Of a stretch of DNA of 64,000 nucleotides, positions 26,839-39,955 are shown in pieces. The translations under genes and the position numbers were made by a program. The DNA is from Lytechinus pictus (Eukaryota), in NCBI RefSeq assembly GCF_037042905.1, contig NC_087245.1, positions 20,336,001 to 20,400,000 on the forward strand, written 5' to 3'. Position 1 is the first letter of the stretch. Each line of letters starts with the position of its first letter. The notes beneath the pieces were generated by a model that saw nothing but the letters and a program-made list of their open reading frames with translations, did not search any database and was not told the DNA's origin.

Positions 26839-29800
26839 ATATAGTGTAGACGGATGGGAATGGGCTGATATCTAATTTGGAATCCTTTAAAAGGGTATAC
26901 AATAAACATCTAGACAAATGCTTCGGCGAATTCAAATAGAACTTCATGTCGCAAAATGAAGAGTAAGAAAGAGACGAAACGCACTAAAGTTAATGAAGCT
27001 CATCTCGACATAGTAGAAACTGTATAAAAAAAACCATAATTAATCATTTCCACCGATAACTGGCCAAATCATTACGACAAACCAGGAGCCAGTGTAATTT
27101 ATTTCCTTTAATGTTACTATGATTCTTTTGCTAGCATTTCTATATTTTCTTTATGTTGATGTTTCAAATTTCTTTTTTCATTAATATGATTTGCTTGTTA
27201 AATATGAATGTATTGCCCTGTATTACTTTCTGTATACGTGTTATTTTGTTTGTCATGTCCTCGCTGAAATGCTGATCGCGGGCAACTATGTATATTTCAT
27301 GTTTTTAACCCAAATAAAGTAAACAAACATTTTGCCTTGTAAACCTTTATAAATTACAACTTTTTATTTTATGATAATGATGACGATGATAATAACAATA
27401 ATAATAATAATAAGAATAATGACAATATATACTCATAAATAACTAGGGTAGCCACGTCGACTATCAGCTGATTTTCAAACAGGCCCTGAATAATTTTATA
27501 TGTTCTTCTTATCCTTCACCATTCTCAATAAATTTGCTCTCATTCTTTTTTCTACTTCTTCTTTTCATCTTCCCCACTTTTGTTTTTTATATTCATTTGT
27601 TATGTTTTTTTCTTTATTTCTGTTAGTGTTGAGCTATTTTTTGCATTTGTAACAGTTTTTTTGTCTATTTCTTTTATACCATGTCAAACAATCATCTGTA
27701 TATTATTCTGCTATTGCTACCATTTTGAAGTAGCCCCTATAAACATCATTATTACGTCAGGAAATGGAATACCTGGATCTCCCGGGCTTTGTTAAATTTT
27801 TCTTGGAGAACAAATTAATCAATATAGGTCTTTTGAGGTTATCGCGAAATCGATATCCATCGTCAGGCACTTCATACCATTGCAAATACTCCTTTACATA
27901 CACATGGTACAGGGGCGGTCATTCTGGTTGAAAACACTCTATATTAACCTTGATTAGCCGAAGAGAATCTCGTGTGAAAGTTTTGTCACTCAAAGGCATC
28001 TGGATAAATGTTTGAATTCTCATTAACATTCAGTAATTTTAAGGAATGCAACAAAAATGACATTAATTTTGTACAGAATAATTATGATTCATTCAACATT
28101 AATTTGGACCTTCAAATGAACTTGATCAATCAATTTGACATGCGAATGAGACCCACTATAGTCGAGTGTGGTTTCATTATTATGAGGTCTATTGGCGTGT
28201 TTTTACGCGATGAAATTGTGAATATTCCTAAAAAACACACACAAAGAAATGGTTTCACTCATAAATTACTCCATCAATTCCATACAATTTTCAATAATCG
28301 ATCCTTCACACCCGAGTAATGAGTTTTTATTTACTTAACCTTAAAAACCGTTTCAAAAGTAGAGATAAGAAACGAAATTGACAACCAACGTTTGTATTTG
28401 GTCAAAATTAATGTTGACATAGGGAGCACAGCTGTATACATAATTTTTGCAATATACTTTCTCGAAAAGCATATACAGAAAATGCATTTTGCCCCATAAC
28501 TTTGCCACACACCTTTCTCTCATTCCGGCATTCATTCTTTCGCCTCAGTGCTGTCATCTTTGTTTGCTTTTCTTGGAACAATTTCAATATCCAAGTATTT
28601 GACTCATCAATAAGGATGGCGTGAATGGACCAGAACAAATTGATTAAAGGAATCAAGAAATATTCACTCCAATATTCGGACAATATTCGGACTGATGATG
28701 ATACGTTTACTAATTGAATAATGATGTACTCACTTACGATTATTCCCCCCTTTTTTTGTATTTCTAGGGAGAATTTGTCTTCTGTTAAGAAAAGACAAAA
28801 AATACAAATTAAAGGAATATCTAGATTTAAAGATTTATCTTGCCCGACATACAACAAGAGTTTTTTTAAAGAGCTATCAAACGACCAAGAAAGATATACA
28901 TATAGTCCTTTTCAGGACTATGTACATGGTGTTAAACGCAAAAAAATTCATTACTCTCTTCACCATGGAAACCTATAAAGATTAACAATATCAAGGTTAG
29001 ATAATGACTACATGCAAATCATAAAAATACTTTTCTTATTCCACTTCCTCAAATCGTACTTTTAAATAAGCATCTTGTTAAGAAACGTTTCTGGGATGGG
29101 TTTAACTTAAAACCTTTTTAAATGTATCAGAGACTTCTCTATGACGGCTTTGAGTCATAACTAAGAGATTTCTCTGAAACTACATCAAGTCTTCGATAAA
29201 AGGCTTCTCTGAGATGGTTTTACGTCATCACAGAGAGAGGGAAGACTTTCATCAACAGCTGTCTTACAAGTCAGATCTGACAACTTTCCTTCGTTTTTTA
29301 TTGACTGACGATCACTGCTAATACGGAAACTGTCGGATGAATCGAGACTTGTCGGATAAAACGTCCGACGAGTCATTTCATGAAACGCTTCATCAGGTTT
29401 ATCTCCGAAAGTCATCATGACTGGGAGATAGCTTTGAGATGACATTCTTCACCGTTTCGACGCCTCTCTCAGATGATTATACATGACAGTCTTCGCTGAG
29501 GCTGTTGTCAGATGATTGTAAGTCATAAAAGATTTCTCTGGCGGGTACTAAGTCATCATAACAAGGAGATGGAGACACGAGAGAGGCCTCTCTGAGATTA
29601 ATGTGATACTAAAATAGTAAAAATTAAAATATTGAGATATTCATCACTAATAGGCTGTATAGATAAGATGAAATAACTGCTATCCGATAGACTTCTCTGT
29701 GATTGATTTAATTCCTCATTTAGAAACACATCACAGATGTATTAAACCCCTAGTTAAATCTGCTAAAATATCCCTAAGGCATCTCCCACAGACCCCGTTT

Positions 29801-30037
29801 AGTTCTTATCGGGATATTACTCTGGATCAGCTTGACATCCTCACAAATTGAGTTTACGAATGAGGACTGATGCATTTCTAACTGTATCAACTCACTTTTT
29901 TACTTCCGAAATTTGAATCTCCAATGTGACGTGTATTTGTTTTTGCTTTTTTTTTTTATAATTGATGCATTGAACTTTCTTCTGCTGCAATCTGGTCTTT
30001 ATACAAAATGATATATCAAACTTTATTTTTAACCTAC

Positions 30038-30934
30038 CTGTAAGCAGATAACCGATCCTTGGTGGCCTGTAAAAGTCTTAAAGATCTCTCCTGTGTTAAT
30101 GTTCCAACTATTCACTGTAAAGTCGCCACTCCCTGTATAAAGCACTGTTCCAGTACTGTCAGCCCCAAGACAGTGTATGGCTGCTTTATGGCCACGGTAC
30201 GTAATCATACAGTCTCCCGAGTCCATGTTCCACGCCCTGGCAGTTCCATCAGCACTTCCCGTGATGAGGATATCCTTGTTGAGATCCATGTCGACCACGT
30301 CTTCCTTCATGGCATCTTCGGCGGGAATGTACATCAATGGAGTAACGGATCGCGAATGACCACGGAAGATGTGAAGCAGTTCTCCATCGTCAGGGTCCCA
30401 GCACATCGCCATCTTGTCATACGAGCTGGTGAAGAGAAAGTCTCCGGTACAGATGAGACGGTTGATGGCTCCACCGTGGCCTTCGATCACCAGTTCTTGC
30501 GTGCCTTCATCGATGTTCCATTTCCTAATCGTGCGATCAGCACTACCCGTAAAGACGAACTCCTCGTATATTTGGCAACATGTGATGTAACCGGTGTGGC
30601 CCTTGAGAATGACCTTCAAGGATCCATCGAAAACATGCCAAACCCTTGCCGTTTTGTCGTCACTCCCTGTTGCAATGTAACTCCCATCTTCACTCATCGA
30701 CATGCAGTTTATACATTTCTTATGTCCTTTGAAGGACAACAACAAATGTTCGTCTTTTTCGGGCTTCTTCTTTTTCTTTTTCCTCTTTTTCTTCTTGTTC
30801 CCATGCTCGTCCATAACTTCTTCCTCTTCAAATTCTTCACCCTCCTTATTGTCCATATCGTCTTGTTTTCTCTTCAATCTTTCCTTCTCCTCGTGCTCAA
30901 TTTGTTTCATCTTCTGGGATGCCCCGCATCCCAT
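30038..30934 (-). CDS. WDR86: WDR86-like WD40-repeat protein, coding exon 1 (299 codons)
   Basis: ORF MGCGASQK...GHQGSVICLQ with five complete GH...W[DNH] repeats and the start of a sixth; ends CAG|GTAGGT (phase 0). Repeat order and motifs (SSYD, TGSADGTA, GSVICL) match my recollection of vertebrate WDR86. Confidence 0.9.
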
Positions 30935-33900
30935 GTTGCCTTCCGATTTCCGTCAGATTCATGCAATTCAGTAGCTCACAATATCTTCACAAATTCATCG
31001 TGTTAAGGTTATCTGACCTAAATTACAATGAACGTTGTCCGTGTGAGAAGCGGGCAATCATTTCTACTTTATACACAACCTCCATAATCTCTGATGCAAA
31101 TAAAATGATGATCATATCATCTTTCCATTTTTCTGCATAATCCGAAATTATAAATCATCCACAAATATCTCTTCTTTGGCTTGAAAGCAGAATCCTACCG
31201 CCAAATATGTGATATTCTGCAACGAATGGCGTCCTTTTACCATAGCTACATGACGCTCGACTCCCAGACAACGATAATCAGGTATGTCCCTCTTTATTAC
31301 TTCGCATCCGCTCCTCGTGGTGTGTGTGAGTGTGTGTGTGCGCGTGAAGAACTAACGAGTGTGCGTGGGTATGGATGGATGCCGATGGGCTAATGAAACT
31401 TTCATATATTGTCTGTTAGTAGCGAAGGGGTAGCATGCGAGGCATTATTTCAATATTGATGAGAACTAAAACCGGACTGATGCTCAGTCCCTGAAACAGT
31501 GGCGTTCTGAGCATATCCGGTAGCCGAGATGGCGTATAGCCTCTTCTCAGTATTTGCTTTTAACCGCTAATTGTTAAACAAAAAGTGTGAATTATTGATT
31601 GCAATTAACAAGAGTAATCTAAACATAAGTTACCTCGAAATCTCTAAGGTGTGGAGATTGCTAATTACTTCGCCATACATTATTTTAATAATACAGGATG
31701 CGTTATACCTTCGAATAAAAGTACTTGCTTGTCAAATTTTGCGTAAACAAAATGACCTTAATTTTTTAGTGACAACCCTTTTTTTAAACTCTGCTTGCCA
31801 AATTGAAACTAGTACACCCTTATAAAATCGTCCCAGGACCCTACAAACAGTACTCTGGAAATATGAGAGCTAATTGCCACTTTTCTCGCTCGTTAAGGAG
31901 AATATTTAGGGTTCGCAACCTTTCTAGCACCATTTAGACTTATCCAAGAGAGCGAAAAAAAATGTTATTTTACAGTGACATGTTTATCTATTGACGAAGG
32001 AGGTAGTGGTATACTTTTCTTCGTGCAGTTAACTATTCGCTTTAACATGTAATATGTCCATGAGGGGCAAAGGTTTTGAAGTGATTTTGGTGTTATAATA
32101 CCATTTATGAATTGATGTGAATAATTTTATTTCAATTCAACTAAATTTAAGAGAATCGGGATTTGATACATCAAATGCAATTAACCAGAGTTCTGTAAAG
32201 ACTTTAATAAAACCATTTTACTCTTCAACTCGCACCGAGTATTCAATACAAGTAACCATCAGCAAATCGTGGAAATAAGTAACGATAAAGAACTAATCTG
32301 AATTCAGACATTTACGTTCTAAAGCTTTAGATTGTCCCACGGTGAAACCGATTGGCTGTGTCTTAACGAGACTATTATGAGAATCAAAATTTGTGATTGT
32401 AAATCCATGCAAATCCGTAAATATTTAGAGCACATAAATCAGGTTAACCATGTTTTCATCTGTGTGCCAAATCCTGCATGTGAATAATAATCATTTGTAA
32501 AAAAAAAGAAGAAAAAAAGAGGTGGCTAGATAGGTAAAGACTTATTGGAAATAAAACAAATGTTAGACAAATGCAGCTATGTAGGTATATAAAGTAAGAT
32601 GACATAGAGAGAGAGAGATATATATATAGCGTATGTGTGTTGCTGGTGCGCCGGTGTGGGTGTCTGTGTGTATGTAAGTGGGAGAGAGAGAGAGAGAAAA
32701 TTAATAGAGGGAGTAAAAAAATAGATATGAGACAGACGGTGAGTGAGAGAGTGTGTGTGTGCTCAAAAACATATCTAGCGAATGGCTTGATTGACGCCTA
32801 CACAGCATCGATTGGAGGGCGCGAACAAAAAAGCAACTTTCTCTCCATCCATTCCCTTGTAGGTATATCGTCTGCAATTTTGCAGCGATCATCCCCCTGT
32901 AGATCGATAAGTTAATATTCATGACGTCCCTTGTGCTCGCTATTTCAGTAGACAGATCAAGAGCTGATGGATAAAATGATCGATACAGGTATCGACGAAA
33001 GCTGTTTAAGTGGTTATTTTTGTGGTGCATGGATGTTGCGGAAAAGAGGGTTCGGAGAGAGGGAGACAGAGATAAAATTAGAGGGGGATTGATCGAGCAG
33101 GTGGGAGAAACAAGAGGGGTTAATCAGTAAACAAGGGGCCGCGGTTCATACACAGAAAAATGAGAGAGAGAGAGAAATACATAAAATATCTAGAACACAC
33201 ACCTACAAATACAAAATATGTTTTGGAGAGAGCGGATATACAAGTAGCCGGACTTAGGCATGTTCTTAAACACTACCGTAAAGGATTAACGGTTTAGTAG
33301 CCGTCTTGAGGGATCTTAATCGTAGTATGTCTATTGCCGTAATATAGCCGCAGTAGGCCGCATGTAACAATTCTTGGTATTTATTCCAGAACAGTTAAGA
33401 TTATCTGCCCCTGACCGGCTCTCAAACAAGAGCAACGGTCGAGTGCCAATCATGACGATTGATGACTGTTGGATGACCGTCTCAACTAGTCTGCTCCGTA
33501 ATAATGCCGCAATATGCATGCTTAGTTATATATTATATCACGTGTTTAATCCATATACATGTTACATTTGACTTGATAGACTAATTTTGAAATTATAATA
33601 AGAGTCTTTTCCCAAAGTTCAATGACCACAATGACCTTTGACCGTCAGCGACACTCGATTGTCAAATAAAACCTTGGCTTCCAAAGTTATGTCATTTAAA
33701 AATTTAACCCTAAATTCAAGATTTTGTTTTTATGACCGTATATTAGGTACTCTTAAGCAGGAGAAAGAAAAAAATGGCACCCAAAACAGAATCCAGGGAG
33801 TAATAATCGTGCAAATACAGTGTCTCTGTTTAAATCACTTCCTTAAAAAATGTAATTCGCGCCTTTTCACAAATATCTCATAGGAATGCATGCGTCATTT

Positions 33901-35083
33901 TATTGCTACGATTATAATGAGTATCTAATATTGTGAGTGAATCAGTTTATTCTTCTGAATCTTCTCAAAGCAAGCAACACTCTCGTGTTGCACAATCTTA
34001 AAACGAGGAAATCTAACATGTTAAAAGAAACAAAATTAGCGCGTGATGACGTCATGTTGCACCGAAAAACTGTTAAGCGAACATGACGGAACGCAGTCTG
34101 ATGTTTGCTGTCTGTCTTTGTGTGCTGATACATGCATTCAACTCAAACTCATAGTATTGATGAAGCAATTGCTCTTATCTTGTCGGACGGGGAGCGGTGA
34201 AGCAGCATATGCATATATGATTAAGAAATGATAAATATGTTAATAAACCATTGGGAAAGATGCATGAAATCATTTGCTGAAAATTCCGTGTGTACTCGAG
34301 TAAGGCCGACAAGCAAGTGTTTGGGAGATTGCCGGGGGAGGGGGGGGGGGGGGGTAGGCTGAATCTGCAATCACAATCTGCAGAATTGAACATCTTGATT
34401 TGGTGACGGCTGCATTAATTTGAAACGCGCACATCGAGAGCTCGCTCGCGATTTTCTGTTCTCGAAATTGACGCAAAACTTATGCCTCCTCATTTTTCTT
34501 TGGCTTATTAGGCCTACGCTACTTCCGTGTGTAACGAACTATAGGTTGCATTTTTCATAAGGCCGGTGGATCCCCAAATAAAGAAAAGGGTCATGCGAGA
34601 CAATTCAAGCATGCATAGTACATTAACCCAATATCTGAGGTACCAGCATGATTAATACATTCAATTATCAGGATAAATATTACTCCGACTTAAAATTCAA
34701 AGAAAGGCTGCTCATTAAAATAATGGAGAAAGCCCCAACCCAACCAACATATGGACAATTACCAATATTACTGAATGAGAGCGCCGTTAAAAACCAATAA
34801 ACAACAATTGATCTGATCACCGACAGGTGTTTTTACTTTCACTCCATCTATTAAATTGAATTCACCCTGCATCACTTCATTAATTAATTTACTAGATATC
34901 CAAAGTGCAGCATGATTCTGTTTATAATTTTCAGGCTGATGATGAGGCTCAATCATTGAAACATGTTCCGTTCATTCAAATGTGATGTTCTCTTCATTAT
35001 TTTTGTCTTCAAGTAAATATCGTGTCGTTCTTCTGGAAATGTCACTCCAACAATCTTCCCAAGAGAAGTTCATGTTGTGAAAT

Positions 35084-35520
35084 CGGTAAATTGCCAATTC
35101 GTCTATTGCCAACTCGTCCACTTATCACAAGTCATGGTCTATCTTCATTTAGTCTCATGCCATCATGTCATCCATCAACATTTCGTCTAACAACCATTTG
35201 ATCCAATAACCATTTCGTCCAATCATCACTACGTCTAATCACCAGTTCGTCTATGACCATTTTGTCTTATAACCAGTTGGTCTAATATCCATGTTATTTT
35301 CATTCATTTCACCCAATTTACACTTGATCCAATTAGACAAAATGGTATATGGACAAATTGGCTATTGGACCAACTGGTAAGTAGACGAAATGGTAAATGG
35401 ACGAAATGGCAATTAGACCATATGGATAGTGGATGAACTGATGGTAGACCAATAGTAATAGTAATAGTAGACGAGTTAGTAATTGGACGAGTTGTCATTA
35501 CACCAATTGAAAATAAACCG
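35084..35520. mobile_element. Foldback-like element with CGGT...ACCG termini and 6-bp TSD
   Basis: TGAAAT directly on both sides; left half made of ~17-bp CCA(N)TTCGTCTA-like units, right half their inverse. Confidence 0.8.
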
Positions 35521-38024
35521 TGAAATATAGGACTATGCCGAATTTACTTCCAGTTATTTACCTGTACATTGTATGCCTTTGCAATTTTGCACAAAAATGA
35601 ACAGTATACACCCTCAAAAGAATAAAAAAAGCTGGTTTCGAGAGAGGTTGTTTCATTATATATGTATAAATGAATATACATACATAAACATATATATAAT
35701 TTATATGTATATATATATATATATATATTCTTTTTTTAATTCATGCTACGGCACTTGAAAATATGATACAGGAAAATAGTGTATATACATGTACACATTT
35801 AACGCCTTGGTTAACCGCAAATGGCAAAGTTTGATCAATATCTTATCCTGGAGGTTTAGTGCCAAGATGTGGATTTGACGGGAGACTTCGTGATTCACAG
35901 TATGTGTACATATTCACTGACAAACTCTCAACTAGTATGGTATTAATATCATGCCATCAATAACTCACATGACCAAGCGAAATAAACCCTAATCATAATC
36001 TTTACATTACTTTTATCTAAACCCAAAACCTACATTACAATACTAGCTCTATAACATTATGCCCTCCGAGATTTCAGACCGGAGCAAATGACGCAGGGGC
36101 ATATGTCGCACGAGCATATGTCATGTCACCGTTTTCATATTAACTATTTGTCGGATGAACAGCAGTATAAGAATAGTTGCAGGATTTTCGGTAGAAATAA
36201 TGACTTATTTTTCTTGTAATCAAATGAACACAATTTATCAATATAAAAAAAATACCAACTAAAACAAAGAAGAATAGCTTGCCTCTAGATAAGCATGGAC
36301 CTATTACGATAGGTCCATGAGATAAGTAATAAGATGCAGATCTCGAACAGCTTGAATCTAAAGATTGTGTTTGGTGAATATATCTTTTTCATAATATTTT
36401 TTTAATAGAATAAAAATTGGTCATGTTTATTCAAGTGTTCTCCCCCACCCCCCTTTGAAAGTGAGGACCTTTTTTTTGTTTGTGAAATTTGCCGCGGACG
36501 AAATGACCTTCAATTTTAGGTTAAAACTTTTTTTCTTTTTTTGCTTGTCAAATTTTCATCGGGGAAAAGGTGCCCCCTTTTGGAACATCATCCTGGATCC
36601 GGCCCTACTTATAGGTTATGTACAGGTGGAACCTTTAGATGAAATACAAAGTCAGGTACAATCATTTACAATTGTTTTCACCGGGAGTGCATACCTGCAT
36701 CTCTAGATGTGCACATTTAAGTGTAAAATGGGAGCTTACTGCACCCCTGATGTACCCAAGTGAATGTCATGATTTCAAAATCCTTAAAAAGCGCGGAAAT
36801 TGTTGCTTCCTATCACTGATATATGCCATCTGAGAACTATAAGCATTACATTCGTGGATATTAGTTATCTTTTAGATGAAAACACCACCAGTAAAGGTGC
36901 TCCTGGTGCTAAATTTGCATAATCATAATCCTTCATTTCAAGTGTGACTGATTGTTTTGCACTGGATAAAAGAACTTGTAAAATTTACGTCACTTTCAAT
37001 ATCATTCATTTCAGAGTCATTAATTCATTTCTTTTCTTTTTTAGTGTAAATGAAGACAAAAAATTATTTTGGAAAGATTTCTTTTTTTATTAGTGAAAAC
37101 GTTGTGTTAATGATTACACATTTTTTGGGTATCATAGGCAGAAAGGCAACGGTGGATACTCAAACAACGATGCCCTTAATACGAAAGGACTAAATACAGA
37201 GAGTATTTGACAATGCGAGAATACGGAAATGCATCGATGACAATGTGTAATAAAGGGAATTTCATTAAAAATGCATGCGTAAAATAACATGTGTAATTAA
37301 CATGCGACGATCAGAAATGCATTTGTATAATTACGCATATTGTAATTAACAAGGACTGATATAATTTTCTACAGAAGAATAAATCATCATAATGTGAAAA
37401 GAATAATCATCCCTGAACTCTCATTAGTTCATGGATATAAAATATCTTTCTTCAATATGAACTGAATAGAACGAATCACACACGGCTTATAGATGTCAAG
37501 GAGAAAATGGATTGACCGTTGTTTAGACAAAAGAACTGAAGAGAAATTGTAAATGATGGGGGGGGGGTAATGATGGGATCGTGGCAAAGGAAGGAGCCAT
37601 TTAGTGGTTGCTTAGCAACGGCTCTCCAGTGACGCGCCACCTTTTTCTTCTTTCCAATGGGAAAGTTATTGATTCTGGGTGAGCTGAGATCGATAAAAAG
37701 ATAGAGTAAGAATAAAAGTGCACAAGACATATTAAAATATATTTTATGACATACATAACCGCCGGTCTCTTTCCCCCTCTCTTTCCAACCATTGTTTTGT
37801 GTCTCTGACGAATATTTTCTAAAATTTATTCAATGTTTACAATTATAAAATCCTCTTTAAAATGTGATATCATTATAGCCGACATATTCTGTCAATAATC
37901 ATATTAACCTCTGATAGAAGAGACCGAGGCCCAAAAATATTATATGAAATAAAATTGTCCCAATCTTGTATAAGTTTTTTCATTTGCCAGAACCATTTTT
38001 TCCAAAATGTTGAATATTTATCGA

Positions 38025-38270
38025 TACACTGCAAAAATTCCGGTGTTGATTTAACACCAGCCCGGAATCTATATATGTCCACACTAGAGAAGTATTCAAA
38101 CAACACCAGTTTGGAATCAAACCGATGCTGTTTTAATACTAAATGGTGTTGTATAAACACCTATCTGGTGTTAGACCAAAACGAAACTGGTGTTGTTTAA
38201 CACTTCTCTGGTGTGGACATATATAGATTCCGGGCTGGTGTTAAATCAACACCAGAGTTTTTGCAGTGTA
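38025..38270. mobile_element. Palindromic TA-flanked MITE (CACTGCAAAAA termini)
   Basis: About 58-bp near-perfect TIR: TACACTGCAAAAA..GGTGTTGATTTAACACCAGCCCGGAATCTATATATGTCCACAC and its inverse. Confidence 0.9.
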
Positions 38271-39769
38271 TGCACTGTATAAAGGTTTTTTTTATATCTA
38301 GGATGAAGTCGTAACAATGGAGACCAATTGCGAAGGGCAGGGTTGCAATCCTTAACTTTAAGATCATTATTTTACGGGTCGCAATCGATTTTCAATAATT
38401 CATTCGTTTCCGGGTAGCAATACTGGTACAATGAAATTTAGTTGTTTGAAATCGGGTCGATGGGATTTCTTATTATTTTTTTTTTCTTCAGAGTTATGGT
38501 ATTAATAGTTGGTCATTGAGTTTACCTACAGCAAGGTTGTTTCCCCTGATTGCATTGTTCTCCATATGTCAATATTATGCTTTTGCTTCATTATTTTGTC
38601 ATATTGATTTTGATTCTATCAATATTGTATAAAAAGTGTCGTTTCGGGTTTGTGTGACTTTTCAGCGGTCAAGGCTGTTAAATAGCCCAGGAAATGACAG
38701 TAATGTACAATGATATGGATAAAATGAAATAAAATTCGATCACTGAATTCTTCCAGTGAAAATGATGGATATCCACAAAAAACACACATTTAAGTAATAT
38801 AAAACGATCATTGTAAATCGGAATCCATGTTTGGTTCTACCTTGATCATAATATTTGTATGAACTGTATTTAATAATCGCTATTCTTCGTCGAGGGACCT
38901 CTGAATCGGATATATTATTCACTTATCTATTGTTTATTTGCTTTAAAACATCCCCTATTTCAACCCCCTAACAATGGATATATTTTCCAGCTGAAATATA
39001 TCTTGATACTATGGGAACGAATCTTAGAAGTCCATAGAACAACTAAATTATTATATCTAACTACATCATGATACAGTTTGCAAATCTGTGGTTGATATTA
39101 ACGTAGATGGGGCTAAACAAGCACAGGTTGGAATCTGACGTAGTTTCCGTTATAGGATCCTATGATTTTTCTGTATTTCATATTGTATGAAAAATTAATA
39201 TCTTGCTTTTAATGATATAAAAAAAGAAAAAAATGTCCATTATCGTGATTAGATTTTAAATCATATTATGGAATATCAATATAATGGTTTTGCACCTGCA
39301 TTGCGCTCATTCGATCAATGAAGAATTACACCTTTTTACAAGGCTACCATCAATATCAAGCCTAATCGCTCACGACAGCAGTCTCCTGCATTACTTCAAA
39401 TTGTCATTTTGTTGATCCAATGCTTATACTACAATTATATAATTAATTATTTCTATATTACAAAATATTAACTTTGCAGGCGAATGCAAAGATAAAAGCA
39501 TCAACCAATCAATCAAAACACATTTTCTTTAATAAAAAAAATGCAATGCTGTGAAACAAATATCAGAAACAGCACCGACGGGATGAAATTATTGGCTTGC
39601 ATTATTCATTCTGAACAGTTTCATGGAAATACATTGATAAACGTGTTTAATATGGGTGTTCATCCTTGGACTAAAACTGAATACATTGTATATTCAGGGG
39701 GAAAATTCATTGACGTATGAATAATAATAATTATACATATGATTTATAAAGCGTCTTCCATTTTAATTA

Positions 39770-39955
39770 AATGCTCATGGCGCTTATAAGAGAGCAAAAC
39801 AAAAAGTAAAGAGAAGAGAAGTACAAGAAAGGGTAAATTACAAATGAAGAAAACAGTCTGTCTTCAAACCTTGTATACCTGCTGGTGAACAAATGCAATT
39901 TTAGGTTGTCCTTAAAGGATGTTGCAGAGTTTGAGTTCTTCAGCTCCTGTGGATA
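39770..39955 (-). mobile_element. 3' fragment of a CR1/L2-type LINE
   Basis: Translation PQELKNSNSATSFKDNLKLHLF resembles the conserved ORF2 C-terminal LP..LK...S..SFK..LK.HLF motif. Confidence 0.5.

Noticed and set aside
30059-31006. 315-aa plus-strand ORF
   Set aside because: Antisense shadow of WDR86 exon 1; non-ATG start and no recognisable domain.
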